DNA of 64,000 nucleotides from Narcine bancroftii. Its lineage: Eukaryota. The notes under the pieces were generated by a model. That model was not told where the DNA came from and made no database searches. It worked only from the letters and a program-made list of their open reading frames with translations. Location of the stretch: contig NC_091470.1 in the NCBI RefSeq assembly GCF_036971445.1, positions 357,988,001 to 358,052,000 of the forward strand, given 5' to 3'. Shown here piece by piece: positions 24,581 to 37,795 of the stretch; position 1 is the first letter of the stretch; each line of letters starts with the position of its first letter. The position numbers were made by a program, and so were the translations under genes.

Positions 24581-25004
24581 AAATTAGAGAGCACCAACTG
24601 TACTCTATTGGTACTTGGATTAAGGGGTTAAATTCCAAAGTTGAAATAATAAAACAGGCACAAACATATACTTGTCACATGTGAACATTTATTAAATATG
24701 AACAAAGCATTTGCCGTTTTACTTCCTTTTTTAATGATCTGTGAACACATTTATTTATATCGGTGTAGAAATTGTCAGAGGAAGATGATTCAGCTGTTAT
24801 GACATAAAAGGTGGCCATTTAGCCCTTTGCACAGGGAACAGAGTCGATTCTATTTCCTGGCTCTTTCCCTATGGACTTTTCTTCTTTCTATCTATCTGAT
24901 TCTCTTCTGTAACATCTGATTGAATCTACTTCCACTGCCCTTTCAGGGAACGGATCCCACATATTGACTGTGTAATAACATTTTTTCTCAAAAGTTAACA
25001 TTTA

Positions 25005-25525
25005 AAACCATAGAACCATGAACGATAGAACATTACAGCATAGAAAACAGGCCCTTCAGTCCTTCTAGTCTGTGCCAAACTATTATTCTGCCTCGTCCCA
25101 CTGGCTTACACCCTGTCCACAGGCCTCCATACACCTCCCATCCACGTAGCTGTCCAAATTTTTCTTAAATGTTAAAATTGAACCCACGTTCACCACTTCA
25201 GCTCATTCTACACTCCACCACTTTCTGTGTGAAGAGGTTCCCCCTAAACGTTTCCCCTTTCACCCTAACCCCATGTCATCTGGTTTGTATCTCACCTAAC
25301 CTCAGTGGAAAATGCCTACATGCATTTACCCTTATCTAAATCCTACATAATTTAAAATACCTCTCTCAAATCTCCCGTCATTCTTCTACACTCCATGGAA
25401 TAATGCCCTAACCTGTTAAAACTTTCCCTGTAACTCAGTTCCCACAGTTCCAGCAACATCTTGCTAAGCCTTCCCTGCATGCTTTCAATCTTATTGATAT
25501 TTTTCCTGAGGTTAGGTGACCAAAC
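25005..25525 (-). mobile_element. CR1 LINE 3' fragment
   Basis: WSPNLRKNINKIESMQGRLSKML; (AGAACCAT)n-type tail at left. Confidence 0.85.
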
Positions 25526-25684
25526 ATGCATCATATGCCTCTCAACCAATTCACCAAAAAAAGTGTCTCTTTATTCACGTTGAGCAGATCCGTGGTGAAT
25601 TTGAACGTCTCTGCAAACATTTCCCAGCCTTTACTTCCCCTCAGGAGAACAATCCCAGCTTTTCCAGTCCATGTATTATTTTAC

Positions 25685-25873
25685 CTGATAACCTCCAATA
25701 GTTATTGTAACAGAAACATCCAGAGGTGTATTGGTCACACCAGCGACCGACTTAATGAGGGACATGAAGAGGAGTGGGAACCACACTATGCATATCAACA
25801 GGAAGACGATGAGACCACCCATGCCATATTTTACCACCTTCTTTTTCTTCTGGCCTCGTGGCTGAGGGTATCT
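25685..25873 (-). CDS. PIEZO2: PIEZO2 exon 9 (189 nt): polybasic linker and outer helix, [20 protein letters not shown]...[13 protein letters not shown]
   Basis: Acceptor ttcattgcAG, donor CAG/GTaaaa; phase 0-0. Confidence 0.97.
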
Positions 25874-25971
25874 CTGCAATGAAACACAAGCAGGAGTGAG
25901 ATAGTGCAAGGAGATTAGCACTGATTGCTTTGCAGAATCAAAATAAGAACATGCTCCAGTGACTGCTAATC

Positions 25972-27365
25972 TTAGAACATAGAACATTATGATAAAGTAT
26001 AGGCCCTTTGGCCCATGATGTTGCGCTGACCTAAATATTTTACACCTACACAAACAATCTAAATCCCCTACCTCACATCCATAACCCTCAATTTTACTCG
26101 CACCCATGTACCTGTTTAGGAGTCTTTTAAATGTCCTGTTCTACTAGCCTCCACCTGGCAATGCATTCCAGGCAGCCATTACTCTCTGTGTAAAAGATAT
26201 CCCCTCAACATCTCTCCTGAACTTTCTCCAGGCAACATCCTGGTAAATCTCGTCTGCACCATCTCCAAAGCTTCCACATTCTTCCCATAATGACGCGACC
26301 AAAAGTGAACATAATATTTCAAGAGTGCATTAACCAGATTTTTATAGAGTTGAAAAATCGCATCATGGCTCCTGAACTCAAGCCCAGCATGCCAAAAGCC
26401 TTCTTAACTACCCTACCAACCTGAGTGGCAACCTTCAGAGATCTATGGTTTGGACCACAAAGTCCTTCTGTTCTACACTGTTAGGACTCCTGCCATTAAC
26501 CACACATTCCACCTTCAAGATCAACCTTCCAAAATGCATCACTTCACACTTGCCCAGATTGAACTCCATTTCCCACTTTTCAGCCCAACTCTGCATCCTG
26601 TCCATATCCTGTTATAACCTACAACAACCTTCTACACTAAGCACAAGACCTCCAACCTTTGTGTCATCTGAAACCTACTGACCCATCCCTCTATTTCTTC
26701 ATCCAGGTCATTCATAAGACCACAAAGGGCAAGGATCCCAGATAAGATCCCTGCCGAGGTCCTCTAGTCACTGACCTCCAGATAGTATGCATTCCATCCA
26801 CTACTACTCCTCTCCTCTTCTTTCTGCAGGCAAGCTAATTCTGAACCCACATGGCCATATGCCGCATGACTTTCTGAAAGATCCATGGGATCTTTGTCAA
26901 ATGCCTTACTAAAGTCATATACCCCACATCTGCCACCATACCTTGATCAATTACTTTTGTTACTTCTCAATTGGGCTCGTGAGCCATGACCTGCCTTTCA
27001 GAAAGCCTTGCTGACTATCCCTGAGAAAAGAACGATTTCCAAATGCTCATAAAGCTGGTCCCTAAGAATCATCTCCAATAGTTAACCTACCACTGACATG
27101 AGATTCATTGGTCTTTAATTCCCATGATTCTCTCTCTTACCTTTTTTAAGCAAAGGGATTACATTTGCATTTCTCCAATCCTCAGGCACCTTTCCCTGTG
27201 GCCAGGGAAGGCACAAAGACCTTTGCCAATGCCCCAGCAATCTCTTCCTTTGCTCTTGGGTTATATCTCGTCTGGTGCTGGGAACTTATCAATCTTCATG
27301 TTTATAAGATCTAGTTCTTCCTCTTTCTTAACCTTCACATGCTTCAGCACATGTTTGTTTTATAA
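25972..27365 (-). mobile_element. CR1 LINE remnant
   Basis: (AGAACAT)n tail at 25972-25990; CR1 RT and 3' UTR sequence shared with neighbouring copies. Confidence 0.82.
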
Positions 27366-27374
27366 TGACCTCAC

Positions 27375-30300
27375 AATCACTACAAGCGCTCAACAGCAGA
27401 GGCAGTATCACTGGTTCTCCACTTAACTCTGGATCACCTTGAAAACGGCAATTTGTAGCGGGCCACGCTCGAAGCGGTGACCCAACACCGGGAGCCTGCG
27501 GCCTACACCATGGGCCAAGATGGGCTACGCACTTCGAAGTCGGTGCTTGACACAGCAGCCGCAGCGCCCCACTCCGAGGGGCTGGCCAGCGGCAGCCAAT
27601 GGGGTGGAGCTAGGGAAGCCGCCGCACCCGGGGATGAGAGGGGCTCACTGATTGGCTGCTCCCCGAATAACGCTAAACAACCGATCCCAGGAAGCGGATC
27701 ATAATGCTGCCAGTTGGGAGGCATGATGATGTCAGAAATGGGCTTCTGAGCCCTTTATAAGCAGAGTTGCTAGCGCAATGAACCAGTGTTGAATTCACTC
27801 CTGTCGTGTGTGCTTCTTTTTTGATCATAACCTCTCTAGCAGTAGCAGCCACTAGAGCGGTGACCATGACTGGTCCAATTGCATCGTGGACCTGAAGAAT
27901 GAGCGACCAGCCTGCAATCAACGTGGTCTCGTTGAAGCTGCCCAGCTTCTGGACATCACAGCCATGGGTGAGGTTCCAGCAAGCCGAGGCGCAGTTCGCC
28001 GTACGGAAGATCACCGCCGATGACACCCACTTCTACTATGTGGTCGGCGCTCTTGAGCAGGACGTGGCAGCACGCATTACCGATTTCCTCCAGAAACCTC
28101 CGGAACAAGAAAAGTATCAGGCCATCAAGGAGCTACTAACCCCAAGCTTTCAGGCTTTCACGGTGTGAGCGCATTGCCCGTCTGCTACACGTGGACAGTT
28201 TGGGGGAACAGGGCCCCATCCACCCTCATGAGCGACACGTTTGCCTTGAATTACGGCCATACCCCTTGTACTCTATTCGAGCAAATTTTCCTGGAGAGGA
28301 TATTAGGCTACACATAGCCGAAGAGGACTTCGTGGACCCCAGAAAGGTAGCTCCCAGATGCCTGCATTTCAATACACCAAGTGACTTTTTCTCGCCAATA
28401 TTGGCCTACCAGGAGGCCGCTTGAGAGACTGCCCAGCAAGTCTGCTTCCAAACCTGCAAACCCTGGTGAGCCGTATTGCTTCTACCATCAGCGATGAGGT
28501 GCTAAGCCCCACCAATACCAATCACCCTGCAGATTTCTGAGAATTACCAACGCCAGCCATCGTTAGTGGTTGCCGCAGCTGACCTACCCAACAGCCTTCT
28601 CCTCGTCTGGGGTACAATGTCAGGCCAACACTTCCTAGTTGACACCAGGGCTGAGTTAAGCGTCCTCCTCCCACCCCCCTCCACCTCTGACTCACACCAC
28701 CGGAAGGCGGGGCGTAAGTTATGAGCTGCCAATGTCTCGTCAATACGGACTTACAGCACCCGTATTATCCCCCCTCCATTTTGGAAACTACCGCTTCATT
28801 TGGCGATTTGTTTTAGCAGATGCCCACTAGCCTCTCCTCAGGGTGGCCTTCCTGAGGGGCAACTCCTTACTAGTCGACATCAAGGGCCGCTGGCAAGGAC
28901 ATGCAAAGACCTTTCAGACCCTTGCACTTGATTCTCCCCACCTACATTCAGTGGCAAGTCCAGGAATGAGTTCACCAAGATTCTAGCTGAGTTCCACTCC
29001 ATTGCGATGCTCCATTGAGCCTAAACACGGGGTAAGGCACGCGAGAGAATGCCCCCTCCCACCAGATAAACTCATCCTCGCCATGGAGGAATTTGGCATG
29101 ATCCGTCGCTCTGACGGCCCTTGGGTTTCCCCCCTCCACATGGTCCCTAAAGCATTGGGTGGGGGGAGACTACATGGGGACAACCGCTGGCTAAATGAAA
29201 CCACCACACCAGATAGGTAACCCGTCCCACATATTCACATATTTCTGCAAACCTGCAGGGGGATGGATATTTTCCAAAATTGTCTTAATCCGTGGCTATC
29301 ATCAGATTCCTGTCCACCCTGAGGATATTGCAAAAACTGCCATTATTACACCATTTGGGCTGTTCAAATTCTTCAGAATGCCCTTCGGCTTAAAAATGCC
29401 ACACAGACCTTTCAAACGCTTATGGGTGCTGTGGGCAGGGATTTGAAGTTTCATCTACCTCAATGTCATTCTGATTGCAAGCCGTGACTGTGCCAAAGAC
29501 TGCACTCATATCAAACAGTTGTGCCACATATTGAGTGAGTTCGGCCTGACAATTAATGCAGCAAAATACCAGTTTGGCAAAGACTCAATTGAATTTTTAG
29601 GTCACAGGATCGACTGCCACGGGGCTAAACCACCACCCGACAAAGTAGAGGCCATTCAGGTATCTCCCAAGCCTACAATCGTAAAGGGACTACAAGAGTC
29701 TGCCGGCATGGTGAATTTTTACCGCTGATTCCTGCCAGGGGTGGCTAGCACCTTGAAACCAAGAGGCATCCAATGTGTTTCAGGCAACAAAATATGCACT
29801 GGCTAACGTTGCCCTCCTGATACATGGTGGATGCTTCTGACACAGCAGTAGGGGAAGTCTTAGAACTGAAGGTGAGTGGAACCCTTACATTTTTCAGTAG
29901 TCATTTGTGGACACCTGAACAGAAATATAATGCTTTTGATAGAGAATTCCTGGCATTATACCTAGCAATCAGACATTTTAAATGCTTCCTTGAGGGCAGT
30001 AAGTTCCAAATTTTTTCAAACCACAAGCCCCTCACCTTTGCCTTCACCAAGGTTTCCGACCTGTGGTCAGCCAAGACAACAAAGGAACATTTCATATATT
30101 TCAGAATTTTCTACTGATATTTGGCATATTGCGGGAAAATCCAACGTGGTGGCCGAAGTCCTGTCAAGTCCCATGATACAGGTGGTTCACACCTCAACAT
30201 CTAGCATTGACTATAAGGCTCTGGCTGAATCACAGGCAGCATATAAGGACATTGATGCACATCGCAGTGCAATTACCAGCGGCGGACAGCTTGGTCCTGG

Positions 30301-32500
30301 GGAGCAGACCATCCTGTGCAACACATCTACGGGTAAGCCTTGTCTGATCATTTCTACTACCTGGAGGAGGCTCATTTTCGAGGCCTGGCACACCCCACCA
30401 TTAAAATGACTGTCAAAATTGTTGCTAGTCGATTTGTCTGGCATGGCCTCCGCAAAGAGGGGCCAGGAATTGTACACAGTGCCAGGCCTTGAAAACCCAT
30501 ACCCACACTAAAGCCCCCCCCTCCCTACAGTCATTTCAACTGGCATGATGCCGTTTCAGCCACATCCATGTTGATCTGGTGGGCTCCCTACCAGTATCCA
30601 GAGGCGCACACTACTTACTAACCCTAGTAGACAGGTTGACCAGATGGCTGGAAGCCATCCCATTGCCAGAGACCTCACAAAAATGTGCGCAAGGGCCCTC
30701 CTGCACAACTGGGTGGCTAGGTTCAGGGTTCCAGAGCATATAACCTCAGATAGGGGCTCCCAATTTACATCCAGCCTCTGGTCTAATCTCGCTAATGCCT
30801 TGGGTTCTTAGCGTGACCGCTTTGTCCTGCCTGCAGGACCACATGGGCATACTCACCCTGGCACAGCCAAAGCAGCACGGCTCACGGACGACGTTCATAC
30901 CTAAAGAGCTTGAGACTTGTAAATATGTTTTTGTCAGATGCGGGGAACAAAGACCCACCACTACAGAGACCTTATGAAGGCCCATACAAAGTAGTATGAC
31001 ACAATGGGTCAACATGTCTTAGATATTGGGGGAGGAAATGAGACTTTTACCCTGGACTGGCTCAAGCCGGCATTCCTTGACTCTGACCACCCGATCCCTG
31101 ACCCAACACCATGCCGAACGGGCAGGCCTCCCAAGCACAAGGCCTCGCCTAGCACCGATTCTGGGCTGGGAGTGGGGGGGGTCATGTACCGGGCCGCCGA
31201 CTGTGCCATGCTCGAAGCGGTGACCTGACACCGGGATCCCGCGGCCTACACCATGGGCCGAGATGGGCTTTGCACTCTGAAGTTGGTGCTTGACTCAGCA
31301 GCACGTGGCTGCAGTGCCACACTCCGATGGGCTGGCTGGTGGCATCCAATTGGATGGAGCTCGGAAAGGAGCCACATCTGGGGATGAGAGGGGCTCACTG
31401 ATTGGCCACTCCCCGGATAGCACTAATCAACCAATCGCAAGAAGTGGATCGTAATGCCACCAGTCGGGTGACATGATGACATCAGAGATGGGCTCCTGAG
31501 CTTTCATCAGTAGAGCTGGCAGTGCAATGAACCAGTGTTGAATTCACTCCCATAGTGTGTGTCTCTTCTTTGAACATAATCTCTCCAGCAGTAGCAGCTG
31601 CTACAAATTCATACATGCGGCTGCTCTTCTTAGACTACAGCTCAGCCTTCAACACAATTATTCTCTCAGTGCTGGTCAAGAAGCAACAAATCTCTGCACC
31701 CCGCTCTGCAACAGGATCCTTGACCTTCTCATCGGAACACCACTGTCAGTGCGAGTTGGAAACAATGTTTCCTCCTCGCTGATGATCAACACAGGCGCAC
31801 CCCAAGGATAAGTGCTTATCCCACTGCTCTACTCGTTATACACCCACAACTGTGTGGCCAGGCACAATTCCAATGCCATCTACAAGTTTGCCGATGACAC
31901 CACAGTTGTTGGCAGAATCACAAATATCAGAGGAAGTGTACAGGAGGGAGATAGAGCAGCTCATTGAGCGGTGTCACGACAACAACCTTGCACTCAAAGT
32001 CAGGAAAACCAAGGAGATGATTGTGGACTTTTGGAGAAAGTCAGAGGAACACAACCCAGTCCTCATTGAGAGCTCAGTAGTGGAGAGGGACAAGAACTTC
32101 ACATTCTTGGGTGTCAACATCTCTGAGGATCTGTCCTGGAGCCTCCATGTTGATGGAATCACAAGGAAGGCTCGCCAGTGGCTATACTTTGTGAGCTGTC
32201 TGAGCAGATTTGGTATGTCATTGAAGACTCTCGTAAACTTCTACAGGTGTACCGTGGAGAGCATTCTGGCTGGTTGCACATTGCCTACTATCGAGGCGTC
32301 AACTCTCAGGACAAGAATAAACTCCAGAGGGTTGTTATCTCAGCCTGCAACATCACAGGCACCAGAGTTCAATCCATCGAGGACATCTACATGAGGTGGT
32401 GCTTTAAAAAACCAGCCTCTATTCTCAAAGACCCCCACCACCCAGGCCATGCCTTCTTCACTCTGCTACCATCAGGGAAAAGGTACAGGTGCCTAAAGAT
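27375..32500 (+). mobile_element. Rex1/Babar LINE split by a Gypsy element (pieces 27375-27453 and 31606-32500)
   Basis: Rejoined frame reads RSTAEAVSLVLHLTLDHLENGN|SYMRLLFLDYSSAFNTI, then TGAPQG, KFADDT, KTKEMIVDF, KDPHHPGH. Confidence 0.9.
27454..31605 (+). mobile_element. Full-length, decayed Ty3/Gypsy LTR retrotransposon (element A)
   Basis: 5' LTR 27454-27856, 3' LTR 31185-31605, exact 4-bp TSD AATT, degenerate tRNA-Trp-type PBS at 27857, G-rich PPT 31168-31181. Gag KLPSFWTSQPWVRFQQAEAQF, protease [35 protein letters not shown], RNase H VDASD..DREFLA, integrase HVDLVG. Many frameshifts. Confidence 0.95.
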
Positions 32501-32700
32501 AAGTCCACCAGCTCCATTTGGTCAGCTTCTGCTGAAGTCAGTATTAGTACAATCTCTCCTCCACCCACCAATAACAGTAAAGAACACACAGAGAACAATG
32601 AACCAGAAAGCCACAATGGATTAAATAAGAATTTATCTTTCTTGATCAACAATGGATATTACGAGGTCTTGACGCAATTGAGAACAAGCCATTATCTTAC

Positions 32701-32848
32701 CTTTTCCGATTCACGCCAGCACTTCAGAACAAAAATATGGGCATAAATGTCCTCTATACAGATCCAACTTGAGAGACTAAGGGTTGTGTCTGTCCAGACC
32801 CAGTCCATCACTGCTCTCAACTCAGTCAAGAAGGGAACCAGTCGGAAT
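32701..32848 (-). CDS. PIEZO2: PIEZO2 exon 8 (148 nt), anchor domain: FRLVPFLTELRAVMDWVWTDTTLSLSSWICIEDIYAHIFVLKCWRESEK
   Basis: Absent from the ORF track. Acceptor tcttctcAG, donor AAG/GTaaga; carries the intact Piezo signature PF-x2-E-x6-W; phase 2-0. Confidence 0.97.
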
Positions 32849-32908
32849 CTGAGAAGACCAGGTTACCGTCACAACCCAACAGGTGAACAGCGGTGCACAA
32901 TTCATATA

Positions 32909-33114
32909 CAGTAGAACACCTGGTATCATTCACATATGGGGATTGGTAAATAAGGAAAAAGTGAATTTTCTGTGTTCCATAATTGGCAAATTAGCGGCGA
33001 GGTGCGCCAATTTTAAACTTCCATATTTTTTACCTATTTATTTTCTGTGATTTTTTTTTGCCAGTTGCTTGAGGCTGTCAGTTGCTTGAATTCCAGATAC
33101 AAGGAGTTATACAG
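32909..33114. mobile_element. Tc1/mariner (Tigger/pogo-like) MITE, copy 1
   Basis: TA-CAGTAGAA...TTATACAG-TA; related reverse-oriented copy at 53889-54176. Confidence 0.7.
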
Positions 33115-33734
33115 TAATTTCATTGATACCATCACCAAACTATAAACCACAAATACATGATGTGTTTGTGAAGTCAAGGCTGAGTTAGAGGGTGGTCAAG
33201 GTGGCCTCAATGTCGGGGACAGATGTCGTCAGTGAAAACTCCCATTGCTGATCACTTACTCCCGCTAAAATGATCACAGAAATGAAAATGGACCTTTCCA
33301 TTCAGAGCAATTCGCCAATTTTACATCATTTCCGATTTTCTTTCATCGTTTAGTTGGGGGAGAAAAAAAAAGCACGAAGGGGATAAAATCCACAAATGCA
33401 ACATGAATCTGTTTGTCCTGCTGGTGGAGTCCAATTTCACTGTTATTGTTTGCATATGGCATTTAGAATAAGTACACTAAAAATCTGACGTTTCATCTCT
33501 GGGAAACCTGCCATCTTGCCCCATGGGTCATTTGTCAAAAATGGGTGAGATACTAGAATCTAGGCACATGAAACAACACACTGCATGGAACTACAAAGAA
33601 CATTAATTAATTCAATGATAGATGCATCAACTTGTCTAAACATTCTGAAGGGCAAGTGAAAGGATAAATTGATAATCTTTTAAAAATACTGATAAATGAC
33701 TTGAATATCACCACACATGCTTATGTTTGATTGG

Positions 33735-34660
33735 ATGATTCCGGGAACGAATCGTAAGAGGAAAGTTTGACAGCTCTTGGCCTGTACTCATTGGAATTTT
33801 GGAGAATGAGGATAGATCTCAACTCTCTATAGCAGCTGTATCAAGAGTCTCCTGGCTGTCTGCATCAGAGTGTGGTATGGTTGCAACAGAAAAATGGATC
33901 AGAGGTCAATCAGCAGGACCTTAACAGTGGTAGAGAAGATCAGTGGAGTCTTCCTCTCCAACATCACCATGATCTACCGGGATTATTGTCTGAAGAAGGC
34001 GCGCAAAATCATTGAGGACCCCTTCTCCCTTGCACACAGCGTCTTTCACCTGCTCTCATCAGGAAAGAGATACAGGAGGGTCAGAGCCAGCACCACCAGG
34101 TTGAGGAACAGGTTCTTCCCACGGGCAGTGAGAACGCTGAACGACCAAAGGAACTGCTCGCACTAAGCCTCCGAGACTCTCATATACGTGAAACAATATT
34201 TATTCATACAGATGAATACTGGCCCTGCACGTGCATTATTTGTCTGTGTGTGTGTTAGGTCTGCGTGCTTTGTACCGAGGACCAGAGAACGCCGTTTCAT
34301 TGGGTTATATCTGGACAATCAGATGACAATAAACTTGACTTCAAATATTGAAAGGCATGGATAGAGTAGATGCAGAAAGGTTGTTTCCCATGGTGGGAGA
34401 GGCTTGGACGAGAGGGCACAACATCAGGGTTGAAGGGCTTTTGCTTAGAACAGTGATGCGGAGAAATTTATTTAGCCAGAGGGTGGTGTGGAGGCTAAAC
34501 ATTTGGTGTATTTAAGGCAGAGATTGTTAGTTTCTTGATTAGCCAAGCCATCAAAGGTTATGGGGAGAAGGCTGAGTGGGAAAATGTATCAGCTCATGAT
34601 TAAATAGTGAGGCAGACTCGATGGGCTGAATAGCCTATTTTTGCACCTACGTCTTGTGAA
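33735..34660 (+). mobile_element. CR1 3' fragment with nested Rex1/Babar 3' end (33822-34342)
   Basis: CR1 ...RMRIDL | KILKGMDRVDA resumes after an insert coding CLKKARKIIEDP..SGKRYR..RLRNRFFPRAVRTLN with AATAAA and CTTGA tail; the same Rex1 3' UTR recurs at 63898-64000. Confidence 0.85.
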
Positions 34661-34814
34661 TTTTAGTTTTTCTCATTATAATTTTAAACTAATATAAACA
34701 GCTATTCAATTAACGCTGCAAGATAAGAGCTGCTTGTTGGTACTTCCCAAGTAACAATTACTAACTATGTTAAAATTGACATGTACATTGAGATACAAGG
34801 AGGAATACACTTAC

Positions 34815-34973
34815 CCTTGAAAGAGGAACAGGTTGATATAGTTGTAGCTCTTGGTCAGAAAGTTACCAAGGACACGTGTTGGGTAACCGCAACGGATCTG
34901 ATATGCCGATAATCCAAAGTAAACACATTTAACAAAGTACCAAACCTGTGCAACTGAGTTCTGGCTAAATTTT
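34815..34973 (-). CDS. PIEZO2: PIEZO2 exon 7 (159 nt): KFSQNSVAQVWYFVKCVYFGLSAYQIRCGYPTRVLGNFLTKSYNYINLFLFQG
   Basis: Acceptor ttcttgcAG, donor GG/GTaagt; phase 2-2. Confidence 0.96.
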
Positions 34974-35204
34974 CTGCAAGAAAATGACAAAGAAAGCTTT
35001 TTTGGAGTCCATGCCAACATAGATAAACACACGAACATTATTCAATGCCAGAATTGAACGATAAAGATGGTTTACAATATATCTCAAGTGTAAATTAGTC
35101 AACAGTAATTCCTGATCTACATTAAATGACTGTAATTTGTCCGCGCAACTTAAGGTATTTTTGCTCTTAACATTTCCATTGACTTACGATAAAATAAAGC
35201 CTAC

Positions 35205-35419
35205 CGTTCTGTCACTCTTGGTAAGATAAAGAACATCCAGAAGTGTATTCCAAAAACAAGGATGACTTGGAAGATCACTTTTCCTAAGACTGTCTTTCTG
35301 AGGTAGAGCGCTCGATCTACCACCATTGTTCCAAACTGAATTATTAGCATTACCAAAAATGCCTCTGGAACTTGGTCCTCTGACAAAGAAGATGTTATGT
35401 CGGCAGCTGCTGAATGTTT
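35205..35419 (-). CDS. PIEZO2: PIEZO2 exon 6 (215 nt): KHSAAADITSSLSEDQVPEAFLVMLIIQFGTMVVDRALYLRK...FFILPRVTER
   Basis: Acceptor ttccgcAG, donor CG/GTaggc; phase 0-2. Confidence 0.95.
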
Positions 35420-37214
35420 CTGCGGAAGTCAAATAAAACATCATTGAACTAGGTCATTAATTTTAATTGTAACTTTGGTACACAGAAATCCAGGATAAAA
35501 TCCTTATACAGCGAGCTTCCAGATTTTGCAGTCTTTACATGATTTCTTCATGGGCTCAGCTCACATCTTTGATATGCCATGTATTGAGGGCTTTAACCCC
35601 GTGGACTCCGTGCCCGGTTTTCAGGGACTACCAACATATACTCCGTGTTCTCATCTTCTGGGACTGGTTTTATACCCAACCACTACCTGGTTCATACAGG
35701 TGTTCATATTGTAGTTTACCCATGGACCCAGTCCGGAGATTATTTAAGGTTAAAAATGGCTAGAGTCCAAAGAGTTAAGTGTGCAGAGTGACATTGCTGA
35801 CGTTCATCTTCCAGGAGGACACACCAGCAAGATTCCTAATGATTTGACTCTGGGATAGTAACTTCTGAAACTACAGGTTGATCTGACAATTAGCGGAGGA
35901 GAAATCCTAACTCCTTGTGACAAGTTAATCATCAATATCCTGGACCCTCCCTTAACTCAGGTACTGGAGAACCAAACTTGCAAGTTGATTCACACATGAA
36001 TATGCAGAGTAGAGGAATATTTATCAAGGGCGAAATTTAACGCAACTTGGGCATCACGGTCGGCATAACCACGCTGGATGAAAGTCCTCCCTGTTCCCGT
36101 GCTGCAGCTGTTCTCTCTTAGCTACGTTCTAAGAAACCCTTGGATACATTCCAATATCTTAATATTAACATGGAGCTATTGAATCCTGGAGTGACCATGT
36201 TGGAAATTCAGAAAATGGGTACATAAATTTGGAGCAATACAGAAATGTACTGGGGAAGGGGGTGCAGATTTACTAAAATGTTGCCTGGAGTGCAGTACCT
36301 TGAATACGGAGAAAGATTGAGTAGACTGGGTCTTCATTCATTGGAGCGTAGAAGGTTGAGAGGGGAATTGATAGAGATTTGATAATTGTTATATGGTTAG
36401 CACAGCTCTATTAAAGTGGCAGAGACCTGGGATCAAATCCAGAACTGTCTGTAAGGATTTTGTATGTTCTCTCTGTGACCTGAGTGGATTTTCTCCAGGT
36501 GTTCCTGTTTCCTCCCACTCTCCAAAAATGGGGTTTATAGTATTTGAGCAGCATGAACTCATGGGCAAGAAGGGCCTGTCACTGTGCCCTATGTGTAAAT
36601 TTTAAAAAACACACATTCAGCAAGGTCATGCAGCATCTAGAGGAAGCTTAAATGCCAAAAAAGACCCTGCTGCAACAACCTCCTCCGGAAGGTCATTCCA
36701 CTCAACCACCACTCTCTGAGTGAAGAAAGGGCTCAGGCCCGAAACGTTGGTTACCCTTTACTTCCTATCACCTGCTGAGTTTCTCCAGCATGTTTGTGTA
36801 CTTCATTCTACCCCAGGAGATTGTCTTAGTTAACTCAATTATGAATCAGGACATCTGTCACTTCTTGTTCTTGTCTTGAGGGGAGAAGTATCCTAAATTA
36901 GAATGGCACAAAAACCAGCGTAGTTTACCACCGACGCATGTGTTCACATTGCCTGCAGGATGGTCAGCATTAGGATGACTCGTGGAACATGGATCACCTG
37001 CTCCAAAGGCTTGGTTCTCTGCAGCCCAATCAGCTGATGATGTGCAATATTGGTTTGGGGAAGGGAAGCGTGTGTGCGATAAATAGTGAATATTCAATGC
37101 ATATTTCCAGTTTTTGGTTGCATATACAACTAGCTTCTTATTTTCAGGTGTGTGGCATGAGCAGTGGGATCAGCAGGTTCTGCTGGACTGGTGAATGAAA
37201 CCAACTAAAACAAA

Positions 37215-37770
37215 CAGCGCTGGAGAAACTCAACAGGTCCTGCAGTGTCCATAAGAGGCAAAGATATATAAGTAAATTGGAGGAGCAACTCCTAATATTC
37301 TGTTTGGGAATTCCCTGACTTTAATATCGACTTCTCTCGTTTCTGCTAGACCACTCCCCATTCTCCCATCCCTCTGCATCCTTCCCTCTGGCTCCCTACC
37401 CCCTTCCCTTGCCGTTCACAGAACCATCCCCCCCTCCCCCTATCTGCTGGTGTGCCCTCCCTCCTTTATCCACCTATAACCTCCTGCCTGTGCTCCTTAC
37501 CACCATTATATTCAGGCACCTGCGTTCATTTTGCTCATACCTTGATGAAGGGCTCAAGCCCGAAACATTGGTGATGTATCTTTATCTACATGACATAAAG
37601 TGCGCTGTTTGACCTCCTGAGATTCTCCAGCATTGTGTTTTTACTAAAAATATATAACCAACATTTCGGACTCAGGCCCGAAACATTGGGACACCCCGGG
37701 ATCTGCTGAGCTCCTCCAGCCCATTTGTGGGTTTACTACAATCACAGCGACCCTCTGACTTTTTCGATTT
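37215..37770 (+). mobile_element. Penelope-like element 3' end (GIY-YIG C-terminus) with inverted terminal pieces
   Basis: KLEEQLLIFCLG...NIDFS at about 37274-37340, pyrimidine-rich tract, then TGATGAAGGGCTCAAGCCCGAAAC...CCTGAGATTCTCCAGCA; inverted partial copies on both sides. Confidence 0.75.
37539..37572 (+). ncRNA. Hammerhead-ribozyme-like motif (minimal type I, Penelope-derived; degenerate)
   Basis: ACC-UUGAUGA-A-GGGC(UCAA)GCCC-GAAA-CAUU-GGU: perfect stem II, 3-bp stem I; core differs from CUGANGA at the first base. Confidence 0.45.
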
Positions 37771-37795
37771 ACTCCCTAGAAAAGCAGGAGATAGA

